Assembly: GCA_976226885.1 (NCBI GenBank)
Contig: OZ320313.1
Span: forward strand, 116,126,001 to 116,190,000
Length of the DNA: 64,000 nt
Direction: 5' to 3'
From: Iphione sp. A-MEVVRFRX5
Lineage: Eukaryota
Shown here: positions 50,801 to 64,000 of the stretch, piece after piece
Position numbering within the stretch: position 1 is the stretch's first letter
Layout of the letters: the number at the start of each line of letters is the position of its first letter
Position numbers and translations under genes: made by a program
The notes under the pieces: model-generated
Told to the model about the DNA's origin: nothing
What the model saw: only the letters and a program-made list of their open reading frames with translations
The model's database searches: none

Positions 50801-53800
50801 GCCATCATCGTCCCATCTCTATCCACGTGAGCCGGAGCAGATGACTACGAATCATTCTGCACTATTCTACCGCCGTCCAGCCAGAGTGACTGAAGAGAGA
50901 TCGATATGAGTTACGACGGAAGTCTATTTAGGACTGGCGTCGTTGGATGAGCGAAGACCCAGCGACACTCTTTGCTTTAAGTACCAGCCTCTTATCGGTC
51001 TACGGGGTCTGGGATTACACTTTATGTTCAATATATTGCACAATTAAACTTGGAACAAGCCATGATACTCAAAGTATCATTTTTTCCTGATGGGGTGGTA
51101 GGATGCCTGCCGATGATTGGGTCGGGATAGTTGTCATTTTCTTTGGAAGACCTGCTGGGTAGAATGCATGTAGTATGGACTGTGTGGTGTTCACCAGAGA
51201 CGTGGCGTGGGAAGTCAGTGAGGTCACTTCATCTACGTCAAATATGGTTTGGTAGCACAATTTGTCTGAACTGAAGCCCTGCAAGTCGCGACTATGAAGT
51301 GTGGCTCAAGTTGCCTGTAGAACAGATGCAGCGAACATATCGTTCCCTTGGCTCAATGATGACCGTGCATCTTTGTTATATTCTTCCTGCCATTCTCTGC
51401 TCAGCGTTCCTAAAAAATTTTCTCAATTTCCCCTCCCGAGATGCTCATGGGTGTCCTAGTCGGAATAGCTTCATGTGGGATGAGCGAACGAAGGGGCACG
51501 AGCGCTGGTGATAGTTGCATAATACGGATATGAAAACAGGCGAGGAGAAACAGAAATGGACTGGTAAGATAGAAAAAATGAACGATAAAGAGAGTCCCGA
51601 CAGCAAATGAGAAAAAGAGAGGCGGGTACAAGAAAATATGAAAAAGGAAGAAAGAAAGAAGAAATCCTTTGGCTCCTTCAAAATGAATGTTATGTGGCAA
51701 AGCGAAATTTTCTGCTATTCCGGAACAGAATTGCGCAAACCAGGAATCCCAAATTAGTCTATGCTGGCGCAAACGTTCTGGAATTAGGCAAAAATTATAC
51801 ACATGTTGAAGTGGAATTACACTATACTGGAACTACGCTCTGCTATTCCGCTCGCTCAAAACTGGAATCTGTCAAATTTTGGACACCATATGATGGATGA
51901 ACTTGTTCTACATGTATAGGGAACTCACCTCCTGAACGCTCTCATTGCTATTATTATATATGCCTATTATAACCAATATTATTTTGATTCGTTGCTTCAA
52001 TGGTGTACATGTAAACGGAAAGGTGGATCTATTACACAGGGAGAATGTCTGCACAGGGCAGCAGTTGTTGAAGACTCGGCGGGGCCGAATGTATGAAGTC
52101 ATTTCAAAGCTTGCTGCTGTGCAGCCATCCCGGAGGCGCCGTGGAGGCCACTGTCAATGTTGACTCTGGTAACACCGGGACATATGGTGACGCTCTACCA
52201 CATTTTTGCCAACTCCTTCCGCCATCAATCGTTTTCCTCTGACAGCTACCGTGTGGGAAAGGCGGATATAGCACGATAACAGAGAGCCCTCTGTTCCATC
52301 ATTGTAAAGCAATCACAACGGCGCACCCCTCTGACCAGGAGAACCCTGATCAGTCATCTTTACCCCCTTAGCTCTTCGTCCGCTTTGCCGGCTGCGGCAC
52401 ACAACGTCGGACATCGCCAGCGAAAGAGTGGCGCCGACCAAAAATGGATTTCCCCTCCTCCTCCTGCTCTCAGGCTAGTTTCCCAACTCCAGACCATCCG
52501 TCCTCTTGCCAAGGTATCTTCCATTAATGTGAGTGTTTATTTACCTCGTCGTTACTCTCGTGCGGTGGACGTCGGCTGCACGCACGCACGCGCGCGCGCC
52601 CTGCGGTACTAAACTGCATGCACGTGGACGTGCTGTTTACATACATGTGCCTCGCCTCGGGGCGGATCGCGGGATCTGCACGGACCACCAGCGGACACGT
52701 GTACACGTGTACGTGTAGGTGTGTGGCTAGAGTCGGGACCACTCGACCGAGCACATGGCAACCACTACACTCATGTCTCCGCCGCCATGCCCTGAGGGAA
52801 AGAGACTTGGGAGCATGGCCCCCAGCTGTGTCCTCGGACCATTTGCTCATTAGGAAGAAAAGCATGAGCTCCGGTAAGACCTCGAGCAACTCTCAGATCC
52901 CCGCCAGGGAACTATCTGGGGAAGATGGCCCACTGTTACAAGACTGTCGCGGGGGCGTCAAATGGACCTTCTGTTCTGGTGATGTTGCATTAACATTTCG
53001 TATATCATACACATATATCTAGTTGTCATGTAAAAAAACACCAGTGCTTGGGGGGTATAGCTGGGGCTGTCTTATACAGTCAGACTTGGTAGTCTGTTTT
53101 TGAAATGACATTAGGGGAACACTATAACATATACTTTTAAAACTGCAGTAATTCACGGACACCATGAGGACTTGCAGCTTAGCTTGAAGTGTGCCCAGAT
53201 TTACTGATATAAGTAAAATATTTTAATGCTTTTTACAAATACATGTACATAACAACATGTATGTACCTGTACATGTATACATGTCCATACATGTACATTA
53301 TATAAATGGATACAGTACAGTTTAGATCCTGCTACCTCTAGCTCAGTTCATGCCGTCTACTTATGCAGACATCAACATGGAGAAAAATGAAACGAGCCAC
53401 AGGTTTGAGGGAAAGGCTGAGTCCTTCAGTTTTAATATAGGTCATTGTGGACTTGCAATTTGTGATATTTATGCACATTCAGTTTACCATAGAATGATGG
53501 AGAGGCACATTCCACACCCTACCTGTTCCAAGGTGTCCGCTGGTACAAACCTCATCCAAATTTAAAAAGTCGTTATCTCCATAATGGAGATACCGAAAAC
53601 GCGCGGAGTCGTCCAACCGGTAATTACCTCATAGTAAGCAAGATATACGAAAAAAAAAAGACACAAAAAATAGGAGGAAATTTACAAGACCGCTCGTTGT
53701 AAGAACAAATGGCACACTGTTGGGAGTTCAGTAATGATTCTCACGGACCGGACCTGCAAGCGGCGGAGTGGCAATGACCGGCTGTTAGGGAGGACAGTAA

Positions 53801-55262
53801 AGACGTCCGCCAGGGAGACACAGGAAGGGGGCGGCAAAGCGGCGCTGGTTAGCTAGACTTTCTAATGGGAAAGGCATGTTATTGTGAACGGCTGCATCCA
53901 AGCTGGCTTAGGGTGAAGTGGCATACCATTAGGCCAATAAGAGTCCATCATAGAATGCCCCGTCTTTGCTGGGCAGGAGGAATAGGCGGGGGAGGGATGG
54001 TGGGGGGGGGGCATTGTCATATGGCCCCCTGTGGTAATTGGCGCCTTAGATAAACAGTCATCCAATACCGTGCAACATAGGCCCGTCAGAATGGTCGGCG
54101 GGCACGTTTTAAATGTTCTTTACTGCATTCACTTAAACAAATAACCGGACGGGTTTGCACTTAAACGTTCACCATGTATTCAAATGGATTTTTTTCTAAC
54201 AAAATGTATCCGGAAATAGAGTCTAGGGACTGCTCAAGATTTATGGACACTGCAACTTGGCGTCGATTCATGGCCCATTATAGTTTTTATTTATTTTCTG
54301 AAACAAGTAATGTTTCTCTCTCCGTTTTTCTTTCGGCTTAATAGTTTGCACGGGCATAAGCTTTCAAACTCCATTAGAACGAAGAAAGTGGCTAGTTCGA
54401 CTGGTCCGAAGTCTATATAACACAATTAAACGAATACCCTTTAAAGCTTTTCCAATATCCAGGCATTTATCTTAAAGAAACCGGGGCTTATTCAATTTGA
54501 AAGGATCTTCATCAATGGCATTGGTTTGGACACCTCGCATAAATAAATCCCGCCTATTGCTGGATTGTACAAGCCTGGCGAATCGGCATTCGATGTTGGC
54601 AGCATCTTAGCCGACACCCTTCGCTAGACTTGGAGTAACTCAGAGTAACTCGGCACTATGAAGACAGCAGTGCGCTATACCTAGGTGGTGGTCAGTCACT
54701 GGCAGCCCTGAAAGAGGATTAGAGGTAAGCACTCCCCCAGTCCATCCGACAATCAATCTTACTAAGCTTCTCCTGCATGGACTCACCCCTAAACCCGAGA
54801 GCCTAGTTTTTTTTGTGGATTGTAGGGTTTACTGCCTATAGCAAGGTGAGAATAGCGCTGCGTGTCCCGAAAGAATGCTACAATAGTGAATGCTATGGAC
54901 AGCGATACGGACGCTCATGAAGGAATGCCGTTCGCTTCATAGCTTCATGACTTCTTCGCAAACAAAAATCAAATGCATGTATGTGTACACGTAAAGGCAT
55001 CGAGGCATCCATATATTTCTTAGTCAACAGAAGAGAATGGGTAAACATTGCTGCGAGGGTTGGGCGGAACCAACTCCCCCCCCCGCCCCGAGGAGAAACT
55101 TTCCACCAGTTCCAACGAAACGTTGTCACATGAGGCTTAGTGGAAAGTAACGTATACACATACGATGGCTTTAGCCGAACACCAGTGCACAGAGTTAAAA
55201 ACAAAAACAAAAAACAAGAGTGTGGACCTATGAGGTCTATTGTCCCCCACCATCAACTGCTT

Positions 55263-55335
55263 AGAGAGAGAGGGAGAGAGAGGGAGAGAGAGGGAGGCAG
55301 AGAGAAAGAGAGAGACAGTGTGTGTGTGTGTGTCT
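55263..55335. repeat. Compound (GA)n/(GT)n microsatellite
   Basis: Seen directly. Confidence 0.95.
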
Positions 55336-55419
55336 GTGGTGTCTTTCTCTCTTTACAACCACCTTGATTGGCATCTTGTTTTGGGGTTGGTTGGCTAGAC
55401 TTGTTTAAGTCCTTCAGGT

Positions 55420-55560
55420 TTACAACTCTCGGTTCTGCATGACTAAGCACAGCACCCTCGGTTCTGCCTCACTGAGCACCAGACCTTTACAAACCATCGG
55501 TTCTGCATGAGTGAGCATAGCACCCTCGGTTCTGCCTCACTGAGCACCAGACTGCTACAA
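55420..55560. repeat. 68-bp x2 minisatellite made of alternating 29- and 39-bp subunits
   Basis: TCGGTTCTGC starts at 55429, 55458, 55497 and 55526. Confidence 0.9.
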
Positions 55561-56660
55561 GCTGATAGTAGTTGAGGAGAGATATTGATGAGTGTGTATG
55601 TGCATGGTCAGACCTAGGAACCCCTGAACCAGGTATGTATGTTTGTAGGTGTGTCAGCAAAAGAGTAAAACTGGCATAATTTCACCTTCAAAATACTTGG
55701 ATTACTACCAGAATTACCCAGTGCCATGGGGCCATATATACCAATATAATATATTAAAATCAGTTCTTTTGATTGAAGGGTTTGAGACTTATACGACCCA
55801 CTGGATCATGACGGATGGTCGGGACACCAGCCCGTAGCATTCCTAATGTCCCCCCCCTCTATGAGGTGGGGGACAACAACAGCCGCTAGAGCCATGCGGA
55901 CCAGTACTTTATTTTATTAAAAGTAAAGATTTGTGGTTGTGTACTCCTGTTCAGGGATGTCGTCACATACTTTTATGGGTGGTACCAATGTAAGGGGAAA
56001 ATTCTTGGTAGCAGTATACTGTCCACTAACAAACCTATAGACTTAGAGCCCATATTGGCCTATTCGTGTACAAAAAAAATACATGTACATGTACTCAAGG
56101 AACGAGAAACCAAACTTAAAGAAGAAAAGGGACTTGTCTCAGAATGCCAGTAAATTTACCTGGATCATTACAAAAGAAGCGCTGCATTTCCTGCGTGCAA
56201 TTCACGGCAGGTTTACGCCCTCAATGCACAATTTCTGGCAAACTGTGACCAAGGACAAATGCTTCGGCTCAAATGACTCCACGGTGTGAAGCAGGATGCA
56301 ACTGGGCCTCTCGAGTAATTTCCTGCCTGATAATGTGGCTGAGAACAAAGGTCTGGATGCCAGGAGATGCGACCACTGATTGCACAGAGACAATGTTCTT
56401 CTGGCTACAAGCACCTGGGACCAATTACCAGGCGACACTTACATGAATAAAGTCAACATGGGTTTTTAAAGAGAGAAAGTGGAATAATTACGAACAGAGA
56501 CACGCGCATTCATACTTATCCAGCGAAGGAGAGGAATACACTAATATATATATAACACCTGTGTTTTATAACATTATTATTATCTTCTTTCCTTTAAGCA
56601 GGTACAGATCATACATTTTCATGGGTCTAAATGGTTCCTGTCGGGAAGGTTGGTACTTAC

Positions 56661-56761
56661 GCATATAATGCAAGGATGGCGACGTCCATACCAGAAGCCT
56701 AAGTGGTGGTCGTCATACTTCCGCACTGTCTGTAGGCAAACGTTGGACGTCAGGCACGCCT
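56661..56761 (-). CDS. ADAL: ADAL internal coding exon
   Basis: (E)ACLTSNVCLQTVRKYDDHHLGFWYGRRHPCIIC versus ADAL ELCLTSNVKSQTVPSYDQHHFGFWYSIAHPSVIC. The phase 1 start matches the previous exon; donor gtaagt. Confidence 0.92.
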
Positions 56762-57372
56762 CTTGAATCAGTAATCGGAATTAAGTTAGTGAAAATAAAT
56801 TGGGAAGAAAAGGACAACAGGGAAAAAACGGACTGAAAATGAAACGAAATGAAAGGGAATCTGTCGTGAAAATATGATTAAAATTAAACGGTTAACATGA
56901 TTATAAGGGCTTTAAGAGTACAGACCAGACGACTTTTAGGATGTGAATACTGTCCGACAGGATCAAACAAGGCCAGGCATGCATCGTCCTGTGGAACAGT
57001 GAACCATCAAGGCACCGTCACCTCACTTTACCTCCAGCTCGTTGACTGAGAACTGTATTCTCTACACAGTAGTTTCCCTCACTAGGCAAGCCACCTCATC
57101 CAAATCAGGTGGAACTACTGGTACCTGGATTGGTGAGGTGTCTCTGTACATATACCTAATTCCACAATGAAGTGTAAAATTAAGCGCGATTCGGAAGCAA
57201 TGTCGATAACAAGCGTAACAGGTCAAGCATACATATGTTACATTAGTTAAAGACGCTGTCAAGAAAAAAAAGATTGCGCATGTGGCTTTTGGAGAAATGC
57301 AACCTTCTGCTAACAGGTGGCTTCTTTGCATGCGCACGAACATGAAGGTGAAATGGTTTTACATACACTAGG

Positions 57373-57445
57373 ACACACACACGCACTCACGCACGCACGC
57401 GCACGCACACACAAACACACATACACACACAAACAAATACACATA
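57373..57445. repeat. Imperfect (CA)n/(CACG)n microsatellite
   Basis: Seen directly. Confidence 0.9.
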
Positions 57446-58064
57446 AAAGCCGCGGGGTTGCGCTGGATTCTCATGGGATATTAGTTATTCCCCTTAGCGC
57501 ACGCTACATTAGAAGTTGGAAAAAAAAACTTTCGCTTTAGTTCAACTCAGCAGTGTGCTATTTAATAATAATGGCCATGCCACTGTGCACTAAAGGACAC
57601 TCCTCATTGTCACTGGCAGTATTTATAAGCACAATTTACTGACACGAAGCCTCACTTGACCTGCTACACTTCGAGCTCCCAACCACCTGGTTGAGTATAG
57701 ATCATACACGGTGGATTTCATCTATACATTTAGATAACGTTTTATACATACTTCTGTCTTTTATATAATCGAATTGCAATCAACTTTATGTTCACGTTTC
57801 AGAAAATAAGCACTGAGCACTCTAAAAATCGATCAAAAATCCAGAATAGTGGCTCAGCAGAAACAAAATTCATAAGAATTGTTCTGAAGGCTGTTAGTGA
57901 TACATTAGGATCGACAGGCATGACTAGTAAAAAAAAACAAAATTAATCATTACTAAAGCTGAATATCCTTCATAATGACAAGGACTAACACGCTAAACGT
58001 TCCTACCCTAAAACTGTCGGCGAGACGTTGAACTGGAGGAAACATCATATATATAAGCACTGAC

Positions 58065-58203
58065 CTATAGGTACTTTATGTTTATCCATGAGCTTCATGA
58101 TGGCTTCGTTTCCACCGTGCTCCGGTTGAAGGAAGGTCCCGTGACCGAGGCGATCTGGAGGGAGTCCCAGCAGGGCTTCGGTCTCTTCATTCGATCCTTT
58201 GAT
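58065..58203 (-). CDS. ADAL: ADAL internal coding exon (DRxGHG motif)
   Basis: IKGSNEETEALLGLPPDRLGHGTFLQPEHGGNEAIMKLMDKHKVPI plus 1 nt. Acceptor ctgcgtag, donor gtcagt, phase 0/1. Confidence 0.93.
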
Positions 58204-60021
58204 CTACGCAGATGAGTGCGATGTATACTTTAAAAAGATGTCATTCAGAATCCCAACGATATGGTATTGAGGCCATATCAAACCTGACTTCCATATTTAT
58301 AAAAAAAAAAATAAAAAAATTAAGACAAGTTAAGTTGCAAAATATCTGTTAGTCCTGTAAGAATGAGCCGCCTGTCGGATTGTCAGGATATAAATCACAT
58401 TTTATTGACCTTCATGTGACATTAATAAGTGCCTCAGAGAAGTTGACACTAGCCTCTCACACTTTCGCATCATACTTCTCAATATGGAAATCCATATGCA
58501 GAGATTACCGAATGCTCAAGAAACAAATTTTCATATCTTAATGCAGTCTAATGGAACCAAATGACTTAAACTAACATAATTGAAGATCTCCTATTCGAAC
58601 AGACCTGATGATTTTACAGCAAAATGACCTAGTTCGGTAATAGGCGAGGGCCAACTGTATTGACGTTGACAGTGTTCATAGAACGGGTTTCTAAGACCTC
58701 TGTTCTATTCGGAACTAATGTGAAAGGAGAAACGGTTATGTTTCTATATAAACGAATCCTCTTTGAAATAAAATTCTTTATTACAAATAAATTGAATTTC
58801 TGTACTGATTTTGTGGGTTGAGGCCACTTTCCACTGATGTTTTAGAACAGGACCTACGAAGAGTAAACTGCATCCACATACATGCACATGTATATGTAAC
58901 TTCATTAGAATCAAGGATTAATTTTTTTAAAACACCAAGTCGAAATTCTTTAATTTCATTCTGAATTGCCGCATCTCTAATAACAAAGTTCCCTACATCG
59001 AAATGAATTCACATGTACTTCGCGATGCCAAGTTCATCTGTATAATCAAGTCGGATTGTAATAACATGTATAGGTAAACCAACCGAGTAGCTGAAAGCAT
59101 CTGTACAGTACGAACATTCAAAGAACAATCAATGTCGTTTAAAAACCAGATAGCTAATGTTTCCTACATTCCATTAGTTCAAAAAGATGACAAATGGCCC
59201 CCTCCCCCGGGTACATGTATATGTTGTTATATATGTCACTGTTCCATTTTGTGGAGGGAAACATTGTAGACTGGCATGCTAATGAAGTGGGCAATTCAAA
59301 CGATGGGATGCGCGCATGGATTCAAGGCAAGTCTTTCAAATTCTCTCAGAGGAGACTTTGTAAGAACTATGCTCAAAATGCGCTATTTTCTTAACACCAA
59401 TTAGATAACAACGCCCGGAGCGAACAGGAGCCCGAACAGCCAGCATCACGCTTCAACACACCCGAGGTAACAGAGGACAGTCGGCGCCTATAGCGGGTGT
59501 TTCCCCGCCGAGCAGAGGCGGACCTGTACAACCCAAATAAGCGGACTTCCTTACATCAAAAAGCACAAGGCACTAATTTGCCCCCCTTTAGGCCGCCAAA
59601 CGTACTTGCGTATACGTGTATCTTGTTCCATTATGCGTAAACGTGTCGATGGTCTCGGCGCGTGAGGGTTACCCAAATACGCAAGCTTTGTTTAGTTAAC
59701 TGTCCATTCTCCCTTTTGAAAGAAAATGTTCTTGTGCACTGCATACTTCTGCAGCACTTCTGGGCTGTTTTCATTTCATTATCTGTCTGCGCGAGTAAGC
59801 ATTTCTCAGTCACGCCAACGTGGCAGGAAACCCCCCTTTTAGCTGGAGTTCTTTGAAAATAACCTCGTCGTGCGGGCCCCACTGAATGGATCAGTGACGA
59901 TAGATAGCTCGGCAGATGAGCCACCATATGGGTGGATGAGAACAAGCCTGGAGAGAGTGGTGGAATGCGCGCGGTGGGAGCTTACTAAAGTGTAACAATT
60001 CTGAAAAGTGAAAAAGAATAC

Positions 60022-60102
60022 CTCGGCCAGATGGAGAGCCAGACGTAGTCCTCGACGCTGCGCCTCTCTCAGGGCTGGCAAATAGACGCGCGCATCATTC
60101 GT
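60022..60102 (-). CDS. ADAL: ADAL internal coding exon (HxxE catalytic motif)
   Basis: TNDARVYLPALREAQRRGLRLALHLAE. Acceptor tttctcttcgctttacag, donor gtattc, 81 nt, in frame with its neighbours. Confidence 0.9.
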
Positions 60103-60410
60103 CTGTAAAGCGAAGAGAAAATGGTGCTAAATTATCAAATTCACAACGCAACCTACAGGATATCTTTTCAGTGAGAATGGTTTTATTCCACATTAACCGT
60201 ATCTTGCAAATGTCTAAACGTTTAGGACGAAGACATCGGTTCTACTCGGTCAAAATGTGTTCTTTTCGGGAGGAAACAGAAAGGTAAAATTTATACCTTC
60301 CCAAGCTTCAACAGACGTGTGGTTTTGACGTTAAATACGGCAGACCAATATTACAAATGAAAACTGCTTTCTAAGTTCTAACGGCAATGTAGTTGAAAGA
60401 AATTTCTTAC

Positions 60411-60710
60411 AGCAGGGTTTCCACTCAGATCCACGCCAACTACAATTCCGCCGGTCTTCTGCCGAAAGTCGTCTGCTAACTTTACAACAGCCATGGCGTC
60501 TTCCTCCGTGTGACGGCCTCTATCGATGGCCAAGAGAAGTCGCACTTTGATATCAAGACCCAATTCATGGCTCTCTTCAATGGCTCGTAATACGTTCTCG
60601 ATGTAAGTCACTTTCGTCATTCCCGTGCTGGGCACCTCTCTTGGTGTGGTTCGTAGCTCAAGGTACTTGACGTTGTCGTCGGCGAATTCCTTGATCACAT
60701 CTTTTGTAAT
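60411..60710 (-). CDS. ADAL: Adenosine deaminase-like protein (N6-methyl-AMP deaminase), internal coding exon
   Basis: Translates ITKDVIKEFADDNVKYLELRTTPREV...VVGVDLSGNPA, closely matching the ADAL segment VTKDVIKEFADDGVKYLELRSTP...GLDLSGDP recalled from the human protein. Acceptor ttctatttag, donor gtaaga, 300 nt, phase 0/0. Confidence 0.93.
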
Positions 60711-63700
60711 CTAAATAGAAAGACTAGCATGATACGATACATGCATATGTTACGTACACGTTTTCCGTAGTTACCTGTTTTAATATAGACAAAACGTCCA
60801 GAATGTTTAAAGAGTTACAAGTCGACGTAGTCAGGCAATAAACTGATAAAATGCTCGAGTCCAATATGAAAATTAGATATGCTTCCGCTGGCAGTAGACT
60901 ACCCATGACTCAACACATTCATGGAAGAATGGCAATTGCAGGCATCGCAGGTTTGAACTGTACTTTTCGAAACAATTCTTTTTAATGACCCTAATCAAAA
61001 ACTGCTATTTTAGTTTTTGCTCTCCTACCACATGTTATGCAACTGAAAATATTACATAGGGAGGGCTTGCTGTTTCAAAGAGTTTTAATGTATTTACAAA
61101 ACAAAACTTTCGGTGTACACGTACATGCGATTGCAGCATCCATTACTTATTTCGGACCATTTATTATTCCTCCATAGAACACCTCAAAAATAAGTTGCGA
61201 CAACTGGTACGGAACTCTGTATTGCCAGAGCATCTCACTTGAATAAATCCATTCCAGCAGTATGAGCCGAAAGAGGGTGCACGACTTAACTATTAAAGAA
61301 TCACATTCAATGAAACGGTGACCACCCTGCAAAAGAAATGCAGACAGTATTGCTGTAAGGACAGGTTCGGTTTTGTTAGGGTGGACACATTCCCACAAAC
61401 GCAATGCTGCCTTTCCCACGCCACCAAACCTCGGGCCTCTGTCTCTCTTTCTGGTCATGTTTCGCAGAAGCAAAACGCCCTTGCTACGGGGAAAACTGCA
61501 TCTCAAACAGTATAAACACCTCTTATCCCACCATGTCAGGTCCTAACAGGGTAAATGATGATCTGTTTGCTTTCATATCGATTGAAGGCATTGCCTGTGA
61601 AAGAATTTAAAATACTGAAATAAGAGTGTGCCTTTAGAGCATGAAATAATACCGCAGCCCCGACGCTAAATGAATCTCATATCGCTTCGTGCGGAATATA
61701 AAAAGTGTCTATGTTAGATCATTTATCATCAACATTATTACAAACGGTACCAATGGTAAAATAAGAGATCATAATTAGCAGCAATTTCATCCTCTGCTTC
61801 ATTTCCTTTGTCTAATTTCTTAAATATACGAAAGTTGCAAGGAGTCGGCACCGGGAAACTATAAAAGCACAAGAGATATGGTGCATTGGATGGGCGGGAG
61901 TAAACAAAGATAACGCATATGGATATAGAATCGCCCCAGGGTGCACGATCTGTTCACGGTCAGCGTTTTATAATTTCTCTCTGTCAATAACGAAGGCCAA
62001 TGAAATCAGTAAATCGATCGTGGCGAGCGTAGACTGTAAACACTGCTCAACGGAATCGGGCGCTGTGAAAGGATCATTGACAAAAACCAACGCTCGGTGA
62101 CCTTAAAAGACCAAACGCCCTGCAATGACTTTGTGAAATTTCAAGGCACGAGCCAAGACCAAAAATTGGAGACATTACACGGTGGGAAGAAACCGAAAAC
62201 TTGGCCATTAGAGTGATGGAATCCATCTTTCATCTTCACACCCGCAGCAAAGCAATTTCCCCTGGATCTGCCATATTAACTGCCTTGTGATCAACCTGTG
62301 AGATCTATAGAGGTAATATAGCAACACAAGAGTGGCTGAACGATAGCATTATCCCAAAGTTCCCATATCAAGTATACTTTATGAAACAATGTATTTGGTT
62401 CATAGAACTTATGGTCATGCCAAAGTTATCGTTTGCCTATGGCCGAAACATGCAGTGGCAATTAAGAAAGGTACTTACGTAGAATCGACACAACAACTTA
62501 GAATGCGTTGTAAATTGTGCAAAATTTCATAAAGCTGAGCACTTCAACATTTGGTAAACATACAGTGCGTAACCTGCAAGCGGATCTTAAAATCCTTGTA
62601 TTTCATTCTTACATTACCCTCTGCAATTAATCACCTCAAAAGTCCTTTGTGAAAATCAGAGAAAGTGTTCACAGAAAAGGGACTAGTGGTGCCATCTAGA
62701 GTTCGTATAGTGTAAGAACGCGTGCTTTCTTGCCAGCGCACGATGTATGCCTCGATAAAATTTGGTCTTGAAGCCAATTTGTCACCGAAAGGAAATGCTC
62801 CTTCCAGCATATTTTGTTGAAATTGCATACAGGTCTTTCCCTTTTCCACGTCGATTCCCGTCTTTGCTAAGAACAATCCAACTTGAAAGTGTTCGACATG
62901 ATGAATAAATTTGTTAGTATAACCTGTTAATATTATAACGTGACAAAAATATTTCACAAAATAAATTGATTTTTCCTGACGTAACAGAAACCCCTCAAAA
63001 TCTACCAGATACAACCAAGCTGTTGGTTCTGACTAAGGCTCTGTGGTACTCCCCGTTGACGGTGGGCATAGCTGTACAGCCCCTGGTGAACAGCTCATTC
63101 ATAAGGAGGCTATTCAACTACTTTGCGCGAATCTCCTCGATACCTCCCTATCTTAGGTATTCCCGACTGACCTGCTTCGAGTCAGGCTCTTAACAACAGC
63201 TTCACTTATCTACCTACAGTACATCCCCATCGACTCGACGATGTCGGCAAGTTTCTATATACTGCATAGATATTTCCCTGGGGAGCTGCATGGCACGTCC
63301 CGATAGCCAGGCTTGAGCCTGTTTTCTCTCCGATTTCTATGTCTTTAAAAGTATTTTTTCAGCCAGGTGTCATTTCAATTGAGGAGCTAGTAGTCTACAA
63401 AGACAGGTAGTGATCTCCAAAATGAAGGCGTCAATTCCAAAACCAAAAAATTAAACATACCTGACACCTCTTGTATTAATTTTGTTACACAATTATTCTA
63501 AAAGACACAAACAAAAAACAAGTTATCCATATCCACACTGTATTCCGCCATTCAGTGGGAAGAGCGAATTTCCAGTTTTTACACTATTTAAATAAGGTGT
63601 AAGTTTAATCAATTTAATCACTTCGTTGAGTTAAATCGGAATAAGCCCCTTTCATCTTGGAAGTGTGTATCAAACGGGAATCCTGCATTCTCTTTAACGG

Positions 63701-63763
63701 TTTTGATCTGGATTCACTTTGTATTCATCCCAACGCCCATAATAATTCAAGCCAAAGCCAAAA

Positions 63764-63800
63764 TCTGTCTGTCTGTCTGTTTGTCTGTCTGCCTGCCTGG

Positions 63801-63880
<80 letters not shown>
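63764..63880. repeat. Compound (TCTG)n(TTTC)n(TC)n microsatellite
   Basis: Seen directly. Confidence 0.97.
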
Positions 63881-64000
63881 CTTCTCTTTCCATTACGGTT
63901 CTAAGAAAATGTAATCTTGATCAAGAAACACTAATGTTTCCCTGGTAACTGTGTCCCCAGAATGCAACAAAAATGCTTTCGGAAACAAGTGCTTCGTATT

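Noticed and set aside
53574-53592. Perfect 9-bp inverted repeat TATCTCCAT-A-ATGGAGATA
   Set aside because: Isolated short palindrome with no supporting context; plausible by chance or as a repeat remnant.
55429-55560. CRISPR-like repeat-spacer appearance
   Set aside because: The intervening sequences repeat in pairs rather than being unique, the context is eukaryotic and there are no cas genes.
62631-63014. 127-aa ORF upstream of the ADAL exons, considered as a 5' exon
   Set aside because: No similarity to the ADAL N-terminus (no LHAHLNGS); the 5' exons were not found in the window.

Overview
Eukaryotic (metazoan) genomic DNA, very rich in repeats, with two N-gaps. The moderate GC content, frequent TACATGTA motifs and many CR1/L2 relics suggest a marine invertebrate such as amphioxus (inference only). 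One host gene is recognisable: the 3' five coding exons of ADAL/MAPDA (adenosine deaminase-like) on the minus strand (60411-60710, 60022-60102, 58065-58203, 56661-56761, 37009-37203); its 5' exons were not found. The last ADAL intron (about 19.5 kb) holds the main feature, a young Neptune-like Penelope-like retroelement (PLE, about 42021-46803). It has about 99% identical 364-bp pseudo-LTRs, each with a minimal hammerhead ribozyme, an N-terminal/RT/GIY-YIG polyprotein split by two -1 frameshifts, and, unusually, an extra downstream ORF encoding two C2H2 zinc fingers plus an unrecognised conserved domain. The element appears to be nested in an older related PLE that has a different hammerhead and tandem, diverged paralogues of the same accessory gene. 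This points to a PLE lineage with a conserved accessory gene family. The rest of the window is mostly heavily decayed CR1/L2-type LINEs, small TA-flanked MITEs and microsatellites. All alignments were made by eye; no database searches were run.
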